DNA of 47,068 nt from Bacteroidales bacterium UBA1757 (GTDB lineage Bacteria > Bacteroidota > Bacteroidia > Bacteroidales > UBA1402), in contig DCHH01000010.1 of NCBI GenBank assembly GCA_002315625.1, positions 4,768-51,835 on the forward strand. Reading direction: 5' to 3'. This document shows, piece by piece, positions 28,103 to 37,115 of the stretch. The notes below the pieces were generated by a model, which was not told the origin of the DNA, did no database searches, and saw only the letters and a program-made list of their open reading frames with translations. Made by a program: the position numbers and the translations under genes. Numbering within the stretch: position 1 is the first letter of the stretch; the number at the start of each line of letters is the position of its first letter.

Positions 28103-29443
28103 GGCCCGTTCGGCTTCCATCACCTTATCTATACCGAAACCCTGGCACAGTTCGTGCATGCGTGAGGCGACAGCTTCATTGCAGAGATTTCCGATGCTTC
28201 CCTCATGGGTGTGATGCACCTGTTTGTCGGTGGTGAACTTGCCAGCTTCAATTTCCAGTCCAACCTGCTTGTAAGCATCACGGAAGGGGGTACCTTGCAG
28301 GACCCGCTTGTTGACCTCCTCCACACTGAATATGAAGAGATACTTGTCGTCGTCGAGGATGTGCTCGTTGACGGTGAGGTGTGTCAGGCAGGTGGCTGTC
28401 ATGTTCAGGCAGTCTATGAGTTGGTCGAAGGCGGGCAGGAAGCGTTCTTTAATCATCTGAAGGTCACGGAAGTATCCTGACGGCAGATTCTGAATTACTG
28501 CGGAGATTTCGGCTGGAAGGGTTTGGATAAGGTTGCATTTGGCCCGGGTAAGTTCGAACACGTCGGGGTTCTTTTTGTGTGGCATTATGCTCGATCCCGT
28601 AGTAAACTCTGCTGGAAGTTTGATGAAGGCGAAATTCTGGGAATTGAACATGCAGGCATCGAAAGCCAGTTTCGATAGTGTGCCGGCGATTGATGCAAGA
28701 GCGAAGGCCGTGGTGCGCTCCATCTTGCCACGTCCCATCTGGGCATATACCACATTATAATTAAGGTCGTCAAAGCCCAGAAGTTCGGTGGTCATACGGC
28801 GGTCGAGGGGGAATGACGAGCCGTAGCCTGCGGCAGAACCCAGTGGGTTACGGTTACAGATACGATATGCAGCCTGCAGAAGCTGAACGTCATCGACGAG
28901 GGATTCTGCGTAGGCTCCGAACCACAGGCCGAACGAAGAGGGCATTGCTATCTGAAGGTGGGTATAGCCCGGTAAAAGGACATTTTTGTAACGCTCGCTC
29001 TGAGCCTGCAGGACTTCAAAGAGGTTTTCTACGGCATGCAGAACTTCCGCTATTTTTGCCCGTGTGAAAAGGCGCAGGTCCAGCAGCACCTGATCGTTAC
29101 GCGAACGGCCGCTGTGGATTTGCTTGCCAAGGTCGCCCAGGCGGCGTGTCAGCAGCAGCTCGACTTCGGAGTGGATGTCTTCCACCCCCGGTTCGATGGT
29201 GAATTCTCCCGCCTTGATTTGTGAGTGGATGGCACGAAGGCCGTCGAGTATGGCCGGGAGGTTTTCGGGGGCTATCAGGCCGACATGAGAGAGCATCGTG
29301 ACATGGGCCATTGAGCCCAGTACATCGTACTCTGCCAGATACATGTCCATTTCAGGGTCTTTTCCGACTGTGAAACGCTCGATCTCCTTATCTACTATGG
29401 TGTTCTTTTGCCACAGCTTGTTTGTGCCGTTTTCCATTTCCAT
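28091..29443 (-). CDS. argH: Argininosuccinate lyase
   Basis: EDIH, HSGRSRNDQ, PGYTHLQ, GSSIMPHKKNPD. Start 29443 or 29437. Confidence 0.96.
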   Translation of the reverse strand: MEMENGTNKLWQKNTIVDKEIERFTVGKDPEMDMYLAEYDVLGSMAHVTMLSHVGLIAPENLPAILDGLRAIHSQIKAGEFTIEPGVEDIHSEVELLLTRRLGDLGKQIHSGRSRNDQVLLDLRLFTRAKIAEVLHAVENLFEVLQAQSERYKNVLLPGYTHLQIAMPSSFGLWFGAYAESLVDDVQLLQAAYRICNRNPLGSAAGYGSSFPLDRRMTTELLGFDDLNYNVVYAQMGRGKMERTTAFALASIAGTLSKLAFDACMFNSQNFAFIKLPAEFTTGSSIMPHKKNPDVFELTRAKCNLIQTLPAEISAVIQNLPSGYFRDLQMIKERFLPAFDQLIDCLNMTATCLTHLTVNEHILDDDKYLFIFSVEEVNKRVLQGTPFRDAYKQVGLEIEAGKFTTDKQVHHTHEGSIGNLCNEAVASRMHELCQGFGIDKVMEAERALLG

Positions 29444-29459
29444 TGTCTGTAATATAACG

Positions 29460-29882
29460 TCAGAAAGGAATGTTGCCGGAAGCGAGGGCATCGGCCATCT
29501 TGTCGATTGCTTCCTGCAGGGGCTTGGTAATCATCCCCTTGAGCAGGAACGGAATCTCAGCCCTGACGGTAATCCGTGCATAGCTCGAAGTAGCATCCTT
29601 CTCCTTGAGTTGTAGCCATGCGGTGAATGATACAGGTGACTGCTCAGAGGCTATTTTGATGGTCTTGCAGGGCTCCCGCTCGATTATCCTCACCGCCATT
29701 TCTCCTACACCGGGAAGGTTCGGTTTGAAACGGACGGAGTCAGAGTCGGAGTGAACATCGCTCACCTTGTCCTGTGGGAGCATCGAAGAAAGGCTTTCTA
29801 ACTGGCTCCAGTCGGAGAGCTTGTTAAAGACGGCTTCCTGTGTCGCAGGAACCACCTTGGTCTGGCTAACGAATTCAGTCAT
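29460..29882 (-). CDS. SRPBCC/START superfamily protein
   Basis: Helix-grip pattern (EAVFNKLSD, beta strands, C-terminal helix); usual position between pyrE and argH in Bacteroidales. Confidence 0.8.
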   Translation of the reverse strand: MTEFVSQTKVVPATQEAVFNKLSDWSQLESLSSMLPQDKVSDVHSDSDSVRFKPNLPGVGEMAVRIIEREPCKTIKIASEQSPVSFTAWLQLKEKDATSSYARITVRAEIPFLLKGMITKPLQEAIDKMADALASGNIPF

Positions 29883-30522
29883 GATTTGTAGGATTATGCC
29901 ATTCGGAAGGATTTGAACGCCATTCGTGGAGGGTCTCGAGGTCGTCTGCCGTGATGTAGTTTGTGGCCAGCGCCTCCTCCAAAACGGCGGAGTAGTTGCT
30001 AAGTGTGGTCAGTTCTACATCGGCTAGCCTGAAACGCTCTTCTGCCAATGGGAACTGGTAAGTGAAGCCGGCAATCATCCCCAGAACCGTTGCTCCTGCC
30101 TGACGCAGGGCCTCAACTGCTGCCAGACTGCTCATTCCGGTTGAAACAAGGTCTTCAATGACAACGACTTTTGCACCGGGCTGCAAATCCCCTTCGATAA
30201 GGTTGCCCATACCATGATCCTTGGGCTTGGGACGGATATAGACGAACGGAAGCCCGAGGGCGTCTGCTACCAGTGCGCCTTGTGCGATTGCCCCTGTTGC
30301 GACGCCTGCGATAAATGTGGCATCAGGGTATTTCTCACACACTAAACGGGCCTCTTCTACCTTGATTGCATTGCGCAGGGCGGGGTGGGAGATGGGTTTA
30401 CGGTTATCGCAGTAGATAGGTGACTTCCATCCTGAAGCCCATGTGAACGGCTCTTGCGGGCGGAGTTTAACAGCCTTGATTTCAAGAAGTTTTCCGGCAA
30501 GCTGCCTCTCGAAGATATTCAT
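29875..30522 (-). CDS. pyrE: Orotate phosphoribosyltransferase
   Basis: FTWASGWKSPIYCDNR, PRPP motif VVIEDLVSTGMS. Start taken at MNIFER. Confidence 0.95.
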   Translation of the reverse strand: MNIFERQLAGKLLEIKAVKLRPQEPFTWASGWKSPIYCDNRKPISHPALRNAIKVEEARLVCEKYPDATFIAGVATGAIAQGALVADALGLPFVYIRPKPKDHGMGNLIEGDLQPGAKVVVIEDLVSTGMSSLAAVEALRQAGATVLGMIAGFTYQFPLAEERFRLADVELTTLSNYSAVLEEALATNYITADDLETLHEWRSNPSEWHNPTNHD

Positions 30523-30546
30523 ATTGTAAGGATTTGTTTTGCGACG

Positions 30547-30576
30547 CGAAGATATGCAGAAAATTTCGTATTTTTG
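30547..30576. promoter_or_regulatory. Divergent -7 boxes (minus TATCTTCG 30547-30554 for pyrE; plus TATTTTTG 30569-30576 for the DUF4861-folA operon)
   Basis: Consensus-like boxes placed back-to-back. Confidence 0.55.
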
Positions 30577-30585
30577 TGAGTTCAT

Positions 30586-30750
30586 TTGAGTTTCGCATTT
30601 TCGAAACTCAAATCAGGCCGCTTCAGCGGCCCGCCGATAGGCGTGGGGTTTAGGGGCAGAGCCCCTATAAAAAAGGAATAATGTGAGGGGTAAAGTTTCG
30701 CAAGTCTCTACAATATTCTTAATATCAACAATTACTTGCGAAACTTGAGC
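30586..30750. mobile_element. Putative MITE-like non-autonomous element
   Basis: Flanked by direct repeat GAGTTCAT (30578-30585 and 30751-30758); imperfect terminal inverted repeats with core AGTTTCGCA/TGCGAAACT; five internal palindromes; no credible ORF. Confidence 0.6.
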
Positions 30751-30776
30751 GAGTTCATAAGATACAACTTGTCATC

Positions 30777-31655
30777 ATGGAAAGAAAGTCGTACAAATTT
30801 TTGCCGTTTCTGTTGCTTGCGGGGCTGCTGGCCGGAAATGTCCAAGCGCAGACCGACGTGAGCCTTTTCTGGCGCAGCGACAGTGTTCAGATCAGTGAGA
30901 TTATCACTCCCGAGGCAGACCAGTATAAAAAAGTGGGGCATCACGGTCCTGCTATTGAGAATATGTATATGGCACTGCGTATCTATTTCAATAACAGCGG
31001 TTCCATTGATGTCTATTCGAAACAGAAACCACAGCTGGAACTGTCCACATCACACTGGTATCCTACCGAAAAGCAGCAGACCGAAAAGGGTTATGGCTGT
31101 GATGAATATAAGGTGGGAAAGACTGTCGGACTGGGCGGAATCAACCTGTGGGATGGTGAGAAAATACTTCAGCTGACTGCTACTCAAGGCCGCGAAGTCC
31201 GAGTTGCCCATATCAAGGGTGGCGCAACAGCAGAGATGCTTGCCAAAGGAGTTCCGTACAAGGGCAAGAATGTCGATATTCTGATTCGCATCACCATGTA
31301 CGATAATGAGCGCTGGGCCAAGGTCGAGGCGTTCAGCAAGAGGGGCGGCCGTGTACAGTTTGTCACCGGCGTGAACTTTCATCCCGGCAACAGCGTCAAC
31401 GAAACCGATAACGGGCATATTGCAGTATGGGCAAAACATCCGGCCGATGTCTCCCAGAACCCGATACCCATCGGCGGCGGCATGGTCTATAACCCACAGG
31501 ACTTCGTTCAGAAAAAGGTTACAGATGACGCCATCCTGCTAATTTCGCCTTCGGTAAAACATATCAGTACCAAGGTTGTATCGGCCGGTTCGCGAGAAGC
31601 CGAACTCAATAATGCTGAGGCTTTTATCAATTATGTTAAATCGTTGAAATATTGA
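30777..31655 (+). CDS. DUF4861-like exported protein
   Basis: Signal peptide VQA-Q; HHGPAIEN, RIYF, IDVYSK, GCDEYKVGKTVGLGG. Confidence 0.75.
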   Translation: MERKSYKFLPFLLLAGLLAGNVQAQTDVSLFWRSDSVQISEIITPEADQYKKVGHHGPAIENMYMALRIYFNNSGSIDVYSKQKPQLELSTSHWYPTEKQQTEKGYGCDEYKVGKTVGLGGINLWDGEKILQLTATQGREVRVAHIKGGATAEMLAKGVPYKGKNVDILIRITMYDNERWAKVEAFSKRGGRVQFVTGVNFHPGNSVNETDNGHIAVWAKHPADVSQNPIPIGGGMVYNPQDFVQKKVTDDAILLISPSVKHISTKVVSAGSREAELNNAEAFINYVKSLKY

Positions 31656-31660
31656 TTATC

Positions 31661-32143
31661 ATGGAAATAGCTTCGATAGTAGCCGTTGCAGAGAACTATG
31701 GAATCGGCAAGAACAACACCCTTTTGTGCCATCTGCCAGAGGACTTGAAGCACTTCAAGGCTGTCACTTCAGGCCATACCGTCATAATGGGGAGCAACAC
31801 CTTCCGTTCCCTGCCAAAGGGGGCACTGCCAAACCGTCGCAATATTGTGCTCTACCCGTTTGACGACCAGCAGTTTCCCGGTTGCGAGCAGGCAAAGTCG
31901 TTCGACGAGGTCTTTGAACTTTGCAAAGGTGAGGACAAGGTTTTCTTTATGGGGGGTGCCATGGTCTATAAGCAGGCTATGGAATATGTAAACTCCTTGT
32001 ATATTACATGGATACATCATTCATTCGAGGCTGATGCCTTCTTCCCTGAAATTGATTCTGAAATATGGAAGGAGGAGAGCCGTGAGGATCATAAAGATGC
32101 ACAGCCGTATGCTTTTTCATACGTTCATTACATTCGGAAATAA
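31661..32143 (+). CDS. folA: Dihydrofolate reductase
   Basis: IVAVAENYGIG, LPEDLKHFK, VIMG, LPNRRNIV, GGAMVY, ADAFFP. Confidence 0.96.
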   Translation: MEIASIVAVAENYGIGKNNTLLCHLPEDLKHFKAVTSGHTVIMGSNTFRSLPKGALPNRRNIVLYPFDDQQFPGCEQAKSFDEVFELCKGEDKVFFMGGAMVYKQAMEYVNSLYITWIHHSFEADAFFPEIDSEIWKEESREDHKDAQPYAFSYVHYIRK

Positions 32144-33240
32144 TGAAAAGATTTTTTTGCTCAGTCATTGGAATACTGACACTTACACTCCTTTCGGCCC
32201 AGACGGCCGCAGTGTTGGATGAAGGTGCTGACATCAAGTTCGACCACGATGTCTATAATTTCGGTACCGTCAACGAGGACGGTAAGATATTCTGCACGTT
32301 CACCTTTGAGAATACCGGTAACCAGCCGTTGGAAATCTACCGGGCTACCGCTTCCTGCGGATGCACCACCCCTACGTACAGTGAGCTGCCGATAGCGCCG
32401 GGTGAAAAGGGAACCATCGATGTGGCTTACAATACCGACGGCCGCCCTGGTGCCTTCAATAAGACTGTGACGGTCTATAGCAATTCGCGCCGTCATCCTT
32501 CCTATTCATTGTCAATCCGTGGAACGGTCATTTCCAAGAACAATTCGCCGGCCAGTATCTATCCCAAGACAATCGGCTCGTTGCGCCTGAAACGCACCAC
32601 CGTGTCACTGGGTGAGGTGAAGGTCGGTTCTGTCATAACTGAGACGGTTCCGGTCTATAATGACAACACGGTCCTTCCGATTCATATCAAGGTCACGAAT
32701 GTTCCCGACCATATCAAGGTCATCGTTTCAAATTCGGAAATAGCTCCTTCTCAGACGGGTATGCTGACTATCTCATTTGAATCAGCAGGTGCAAATGACT
32801 ATGGCCGTCACGAGGATTTCTTCCACCTGGAGACACAGGTTGAAGGTCAGGAGAAGGTGACAGGCTCCATTCAGGTGACCTCAAACCTTCAGGAGGATTT
32901 CACGATCTTGAACCCTGAGGACAAGATTCCGGTTGTGGAGTATCCGACAGATATAATCGATTTGGGAAAGGTAAAGCAAGGAAAGAAGCAGACGGCCTAT
33001 TTTGAAGTTAAGAATAACGGTCCGGCTACCCTGATTATTCGGAAGGTTGTCAATTATGCCCCGGCCATGACCGTAAAGGCGGAACGCAAAGAGGTTGCTC
33101 CGGGCAAATCGACCAGAATCAAGGTGGAACTCGATACCGAGGAGCTGCTTTCATCAATCAAGTACTATTTGGAAGTAATTGTAAACGACCCTCTTATGCC
33201 ACGAAAGCGTCTTGCTGTAATGGCGGATATCGTGGAATAA
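32143..33240 (+). CDS. DUF1573 domain (Ig-like repeat) exported protein
   Basis: FTFENTG, ASCGCT, IAPGEKG; three Ig-like repeats. Confidence 0.88.
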   Translation: MKRFFCSVIGILTLTLLSAQTAAVLDEGADIKFDHDVYNFGTVNEDGKIFCTFTFENTGNQPLEIYRATASCGCTTPTYSELPIAPGEKGTIDVAYNTDGRPGAFNKTVTVYSNSRRHPSYSLSIRGTVISKNNSPASIYPKTIGSLRLKRTTVSLGEVKVGSVITETVPVYNDNTVLPIHIKVTNVPDHIKVIVSNSEIAPSQTGMLTISFESAGANDYGRHEDFFHLETQVEGQEKVTGSIQVTSNLQEDFTILNPEDKIPVVEYPTDIIDLGKVKQGKKQTAYFEVKNNGPATLIIRKVVNYAPAMTVKAERKEVAPGKSTRIKVELDTEELLSSIKYYLEVIVNDPLMPRKRLAVMADIVE

Positions 33241-33261
33241 TCAGAACTGGTATCAGTTTTT

Positions 33262-34347
33262 ATGGAACATCCGGAGAACGACGAAAAATACAAGGGCCTG
33301 TCTGTAACTCATGGTGTTGAGAGTCAGCCTATTGTAAATCCATATATGAAGTCCCGTCCCCATCGTCCGCAATATACAGCGGATGAGTATGTGGAGGGTA
33401 TATTAAAAGGTAATAAGGTGATGCTCAGCCAGGCAGTCACGATGATTGAGAGTGCACTGCCGGCACATCAGGCCATGGCCGCTGAGATAATAGAGAAGTG
33501 TCTGCCTCACGCCGGAAATTCGGTGCGTTGGGGTATCACAGGGGTACCAGGTGCTGGAAAAAGCACCTCGATTGAGGCTTTCGGCATGGAAATATTGCGC
33601 CAGGGGCACAAACTGGCTGTGCTGGCTATCGACCCGAGCAGCGAGCTGAGCAAGGGAAGTATTCTTGGAGACAAAACCCGTATGGAGCAGTTGTCGGTAC
33701 AGGAAGATGCCTTCATACGTCCTTCTCCGAGCGGCGGTTCACTGGGTGGCGTGGCGCGTAAGACCCGTGAGTCGATTGTGCTTTGCGAGGCCGCCGGTTT
33801 CGATACTATTTTTGTGGAGACTGTCGGCGTTGGCCAGTCCGAGACGGCTGTTCATTCAATGGTGGATTTCTTCCTCCTTATTCAAATAGCAGGTGCCGGA
33901 GATGAACTTCAAGGCATTAAGCGCGGTATTATGGAGATGTCTGACGGTATAGCCATCAATAAGGCTGACGGCGACAACTACCAGCGGGCACGCTTGGCTG
34001 CGGCACATTTCCGCAATGCTCTCCAGCTCTTCCCGATGCCCGAGGCAGGGGTACGGCCTGAGGTGCTGACCTATTCCGCCCTGCAGCAGGTCGGCGTGCA
34101 CGATGTTCTGAAGATGGTTGACAGGTATATCAGCCTGGTCCGTAGCAACGGCGTGTTTGAGAACAGGCGTCGGAGACAGGAAAATTACTGGATGCGTGAG
34201 ACCATTGACGAGGCGCTCAGAAACCGCTTCTATCTGAACGAGGAAATTCAGAATATGATGGAGGTCAAGCAGCAGCAGGTGCTCAACCAGGAAATTACCG
34301 CGTTCAAGGCTGCCCAGGATCTTCTTGAGCAGTATTACCGCTTATAG
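33262..34347 (+). CDS. meaB: Methylmalonyl-CoA mutase-associated GTPase MeaB
   Basis: GITGVPGAGKST, DPSS, GSILGDKTRM, ETVGVGQSE, GDELQGIKRG, NKAD. Confidence 0.95.
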   Translation: MEHPENDEKYKGLSVTHGVESQPIVNPYMKSRPHRPQYTADEYVEGILKGNKVMLSQAVTMIESALPAHQAMAAEIIEKCLPHAGNSVRWGITGVPGAGKSTSIEAFGMEILRQGHKLAVLAIDPSSELSKGSILGDKTRMEQLSVQEDAFIRPSPSGGSLGGVARKTRESIVLCEAAGFDTIFVETVGVGQSETAVHSMVDFFLLIQIAGAGDELQGIKRGIMEMSDGIAINKADGDNYQRARLAAAHFRNALQLFPMPEAGVRPEVLTYSALQQVGVHDVLKMVDRYISLVRSNGVFENRRRRQENYWMRETIDEALRNRFYLNEEIQNMMEVKQQQVLNQEITAFKAAQDLLEQYYRL

Positions 34348-35217
34348 TCAGAATGTGAGAATCCGTTCGCGGACACTTTCCATCAGCCAGTTGGGGGTGG
34401 AGGTGGCTCCGCAGATGCCTATCGTTTCACATCCTTCAGTCCAGCTTTTTTGTACCTCCTCCGGCCCGGAGACAAAATAGGAGCGGGGATTTGCGTTCCT
34501 GCAAGCCTGGAACAGGGCTTTGCCGTTGGAACTTTTTGCATCGCTTACGAATATTATGCAGTCGTGTCGGGCTGCAAACTGCTGCATTTCTGGCAACCGG
34601 TTGCCGAAGTGCCGGCAGATAGTGTTGTAGTATTCAAAGTCTATACCATCCTCCATTCTCTTTTTGATGGCCTCAATCAAACGCTGATAGTCGTCCTGCG
34701 ACTTCGTGGTTTGTGAAAACAGGACGATGGGACGGTGAAAATCTATTTTGGGGTGATTGTCAATGTCTTCGGGATGCTCAATAACTATAGCTTTGCCCTC
34801 GGTCTGGCCAACAAGTCCGTTGACTTCAGCATGACCCGCCTTTCCGAATATCAGCAACTGGGTATCGTTGTCCTTGTTTGCTTCGTAAATGGTCTTGATG
34901 CGTTTCTGCAGGTGAAGCACCACAGGACAGGTTGCGTCAATTATTTCCAGTCCGTTGTTGTTGGCAAGTTTGTAGGTGGCGGGTGGCTCACCGTGGGCAC
35001 GGAACAGAACGCGGGCATCGCGCAATTGCTGCAATTCGTTGTGAGTAAGGGTATTCAATCCTTTTTCACGAAGGCGTTGCACCTCCATAGTGTTGTGCAC
35101 TATATCGCCTAGGCAATACAGTTGCTTTGCTGTATCAAGTTGCTCTTCAGCCTTATTGATGGCATTTACCACCCCGAAGCAGAATCCCGAGTGTGGGTCA
35201 ATTTCAATGAGTGGCAT
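34348..35217 (-). CDS. ispH: 4-hydroxy-3-methylbut-2-enyl diphosphate reductase
   Basis: Three Fe-S cysteines (GFCFGV, DATCP, NTIC), RAHG, HAEV, SQTT, SSN, GATSTP. Confidence 0.95.
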   Translation of the reverse strand: MPLIEIDPHSGFCFGVVNAINKAEEQLDTAKQLYCLGDIVHNTMEVQRLREKGLNTLTHNELQQLRDARVLFRAHGEPPATYKLANNNGLEIIDATCPVVLHLQKRIKTIYEANKDNDTQLLIFGKAGHAEVNGLVGQTEGKAIVIEHPEDIDNHPKIDFHRPIVLFSQTTKSQDDYQRLIEAIKKRMEDGIDFEYYNTICRHFGNRLPEMQQFAARHDCIIFVSDAKSSNGKALFQACRNANPRSYFVSGPEEVQKSWTEGCETIGICGATSTPNWLMESVRERILTF

Positions 35218-35875
35218 TGTAGAACTGTTTTTCGGCCCATTCATCCTGCTCATCGACGGTCATTTCGCTATTGTCAAGCACTATGGCATCGGCGGCCTGG
35301 CGTAGCGGGCTGGTTTCGCGGTTCAGGTCCATCTGGTCGCGCATTTTGACATTATGGAGAATCTCCTCGAAGGATGCAGTCTGCCCTTTAGCCAAAAGCT
35401 CCTCGTAGCGCCGCCTGGCCCTGACGCTGGCATCTGCCGTCAGGAATATCTTCAGCTCTGCATTGGGGAAGACCACGGTGCCGATGTCGCGGCCGTCAAG
35501 TACGACCCCTTTCCCTTTTCCGATTTCCCGCTGAAGGCGAACCATTTCGCTGCGGACTTCAGGGACGGCGGCAACTATGCTTACCACATTAGAAACGGCC
35601 ATGCCGCGGATTTCCTGCTCGACTTCCTCTCCGTTCAGACAGATTCTCTGATTGCAGAAGCTGATGTGTATCTCGGGCAGTTTCGCAATTAGGGCCTTGG
35701 TGTCGAGAACCTCCCCGTCAAAGAAACCGTTGCGCAGGGCATACAGAGATACGGCCCTGTACATGGCTCCGGTATCGATGTATGTGTATTGGTGGCGCAG
35801 AGCCAGCATCTTGGCCATTGTGCTTTTCCCGCATGAGGAAAAGCCGTCGATGGCTACTATTATTTTATGCTCCAT
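35204..35875 (-). CDS. cmk: Cytidylate kinase
   Basis: AIDGFSSCGKST, DTGAMYR, DGRDIGTVVFP. Start taken at MEHK. Confidence 0.96.
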   Translation of the reverse strand: MEHKIIVAIDGFSSCGKSTMAKMLALRHQYTYIDTGAMYRAVSLYALRNGFFDGEVLDTKALIAKLPEIHISFCNQRICLNGEEVEQEIRGMAVSNVVSIVAAVPEVRSEMVRLQREIGKGKGVVLDGRDIGTVVFPNAELKIFLTADASVRARRRYEELLAKGQTASFEEILHNVKMRDQMDLNRETSPLRQAADAIVLDNSEMTVDEQDEWAEKQFYNATH

Positions 35876-35877
35876 AT

Positions 35878-36924
35878 TTATTGTAATTGAATTGCGGCGG
35901 TGAGTTGCAGCGAGTTGCCGGAAATGTGATACTTGGCGAATGATGCCCCGAACCGCATTGATTTCACCTTGAATGAAAAACCGGCGCAAAAGCCACTCAG
36001 AAGGGAGCGCTGGGCGGTTGAGAGTTCCATTCTCCGGCGTGGATTGAAACCGATGTTGAACAGCAGATTCTTTCCGGCCAAGATATCCATGCCAATCAGC
36101 AGGTGCTTTGCAACTGCTTCGAGGAAGGAGTCGTCATCGGTTTTGGCAGACTCGTCTGTCGAATAGTAGGCGTATCTCATGGAGTTGAATCCCCAGGCAG
36201 TCAGCGTGAATCGTAAAGGTGCATGGGTGAGCTGCTTTGTTATACCTAATTGAATGTCCCAGGGCAGCGGTTCACGGGTGTCATCATAACTCTTGAACTG
36301 GGCTCCTAACGACTTGAAAGACAGACCAGCCCACAAAAGTTTATCAGGATTTGCATATAATATTCCCAAATCAAATGCAACGCCCAGTGAAGTGTAGGAG
36401 TCGAGGTGAGAATAGATGAAATGGCCCGTAACGCCACCCCTCCAGTGCTCTCCCAACTGGTATGAGTATCCGCCTGTGATGTCCATGTCCTTTACGGCAA
36501 GCCGGCCGGTAGTGGTTCCATAGATATCGGCTCCGGTTATCTTGCCGTAATCGACGTAGCGGATGGCTGTCATCCAGGCGGATCTGTCGTTGACTTTGCG
36601 TGAGTATGCGGCCTGTCCCATATTGACGTCGCCTACATAGTTCATGTAGCCGATGGATATCGTATTATGCAGGTCTGACGACAAGACGGCTGGATTGTGA
36701 AAGACAAGCGCAAGATCAGTTTCAGGGCTGGAGACGACTGTACCCCCCAGACCTGCCGCCGTTACTGATGTGGGAAGGCCAAGAAATTCATAGACGTATG
36801 AGCCGGTTTCCGCCCTTAGGTCGCCGCCACGAAACAACATGCAGCATACGATGACTGACCATATTAATAAATAAGGCCTCTCGTACCCTCCAGCCAAAGG
36901 AATCTCTTTAATCTTGCGCTGCAC
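35878..36924 (-). CDS. porQ: Type IX secretion system PorQ-like outer membrane barrel
   Basis: YEFLGLP...AAGLGG, FHNPA.L, YVDYG, GFNPRRR.EL; upstream of cmk-ispH. Start uncertain (GTG 36924, downstream of a TATCTTCG box). Confidence 0.75.
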   Translation of the reverse strand: MQRKIKEIPLAGGYERPYLLIWSVIVCCMLFRGGDLRAETGSYVYEFLGLPTSVTAAGLGGTVVSSPETDLALVFHNPAVLSSDLHNTISIGYMNYVGDVNMGQAAYSRKVNDRSAWMTAIRYVDYGKITGADIYGTTTGRLAVKDMDITGGYSYQLGEHWRGGVTGHFIYSHLDSYTSLGVAFDLGILYANPDKLLWAGLSFKSLGAQFKSYDDTREPLPWDIQLGITKQLTHAPLRFTLTAWGFNSMRYAYYSTDESAKTDDDSFLEAVAKHLLIGMDILAGKNLLFNIGFNPRRRMELSTAQRSLLSGFCAGFSFKVKSMRFGASFAKYHISGNSLQLTAAIQLQ

Positions 36925-37042
36925 CTTGGTAAATATATAGCGGTGCGAAGATACACCTACTGTCGGATATATCCAAATCAAAGAAAAATGTCATCTTTCT
37001 TAGTTTTTTTTAGTGAAAGGTGTTTTTTTATCGAAAAAATGG

Positions 37043-37050
37043 TATCTTTG
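37043..37050 (+). promoter_or_regulatory. -7 promoter box (TATCTTTG) for tonB
   Basis: Consensus match upstream of ATG 37116. Confidence 0.7.
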
Positions 37051-37115
37051 CCGCACGAGATTAGCCGACGCTAAAAGCGGGTCTCAAAAGGAGAAATTTT
37101 TTTACTCAAATACAA

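Noticed and set aside
30584-30746. CRISPR array or riboswitch reading of the repeat-rich intergenic region
   Set aside because: Repeats are short, inverted and irregularly spaced, no cas genes are present, and I recognised no riboswitch consensus.
33262-34347. meaB without an adjacent methylmalonyl-CoA mutase as a sign of a new pathway
   Set aside because: DUF1573-meaB unlinked from the mutase genes is, to my knowledge, the ordinary Bacteroidales arrangement.
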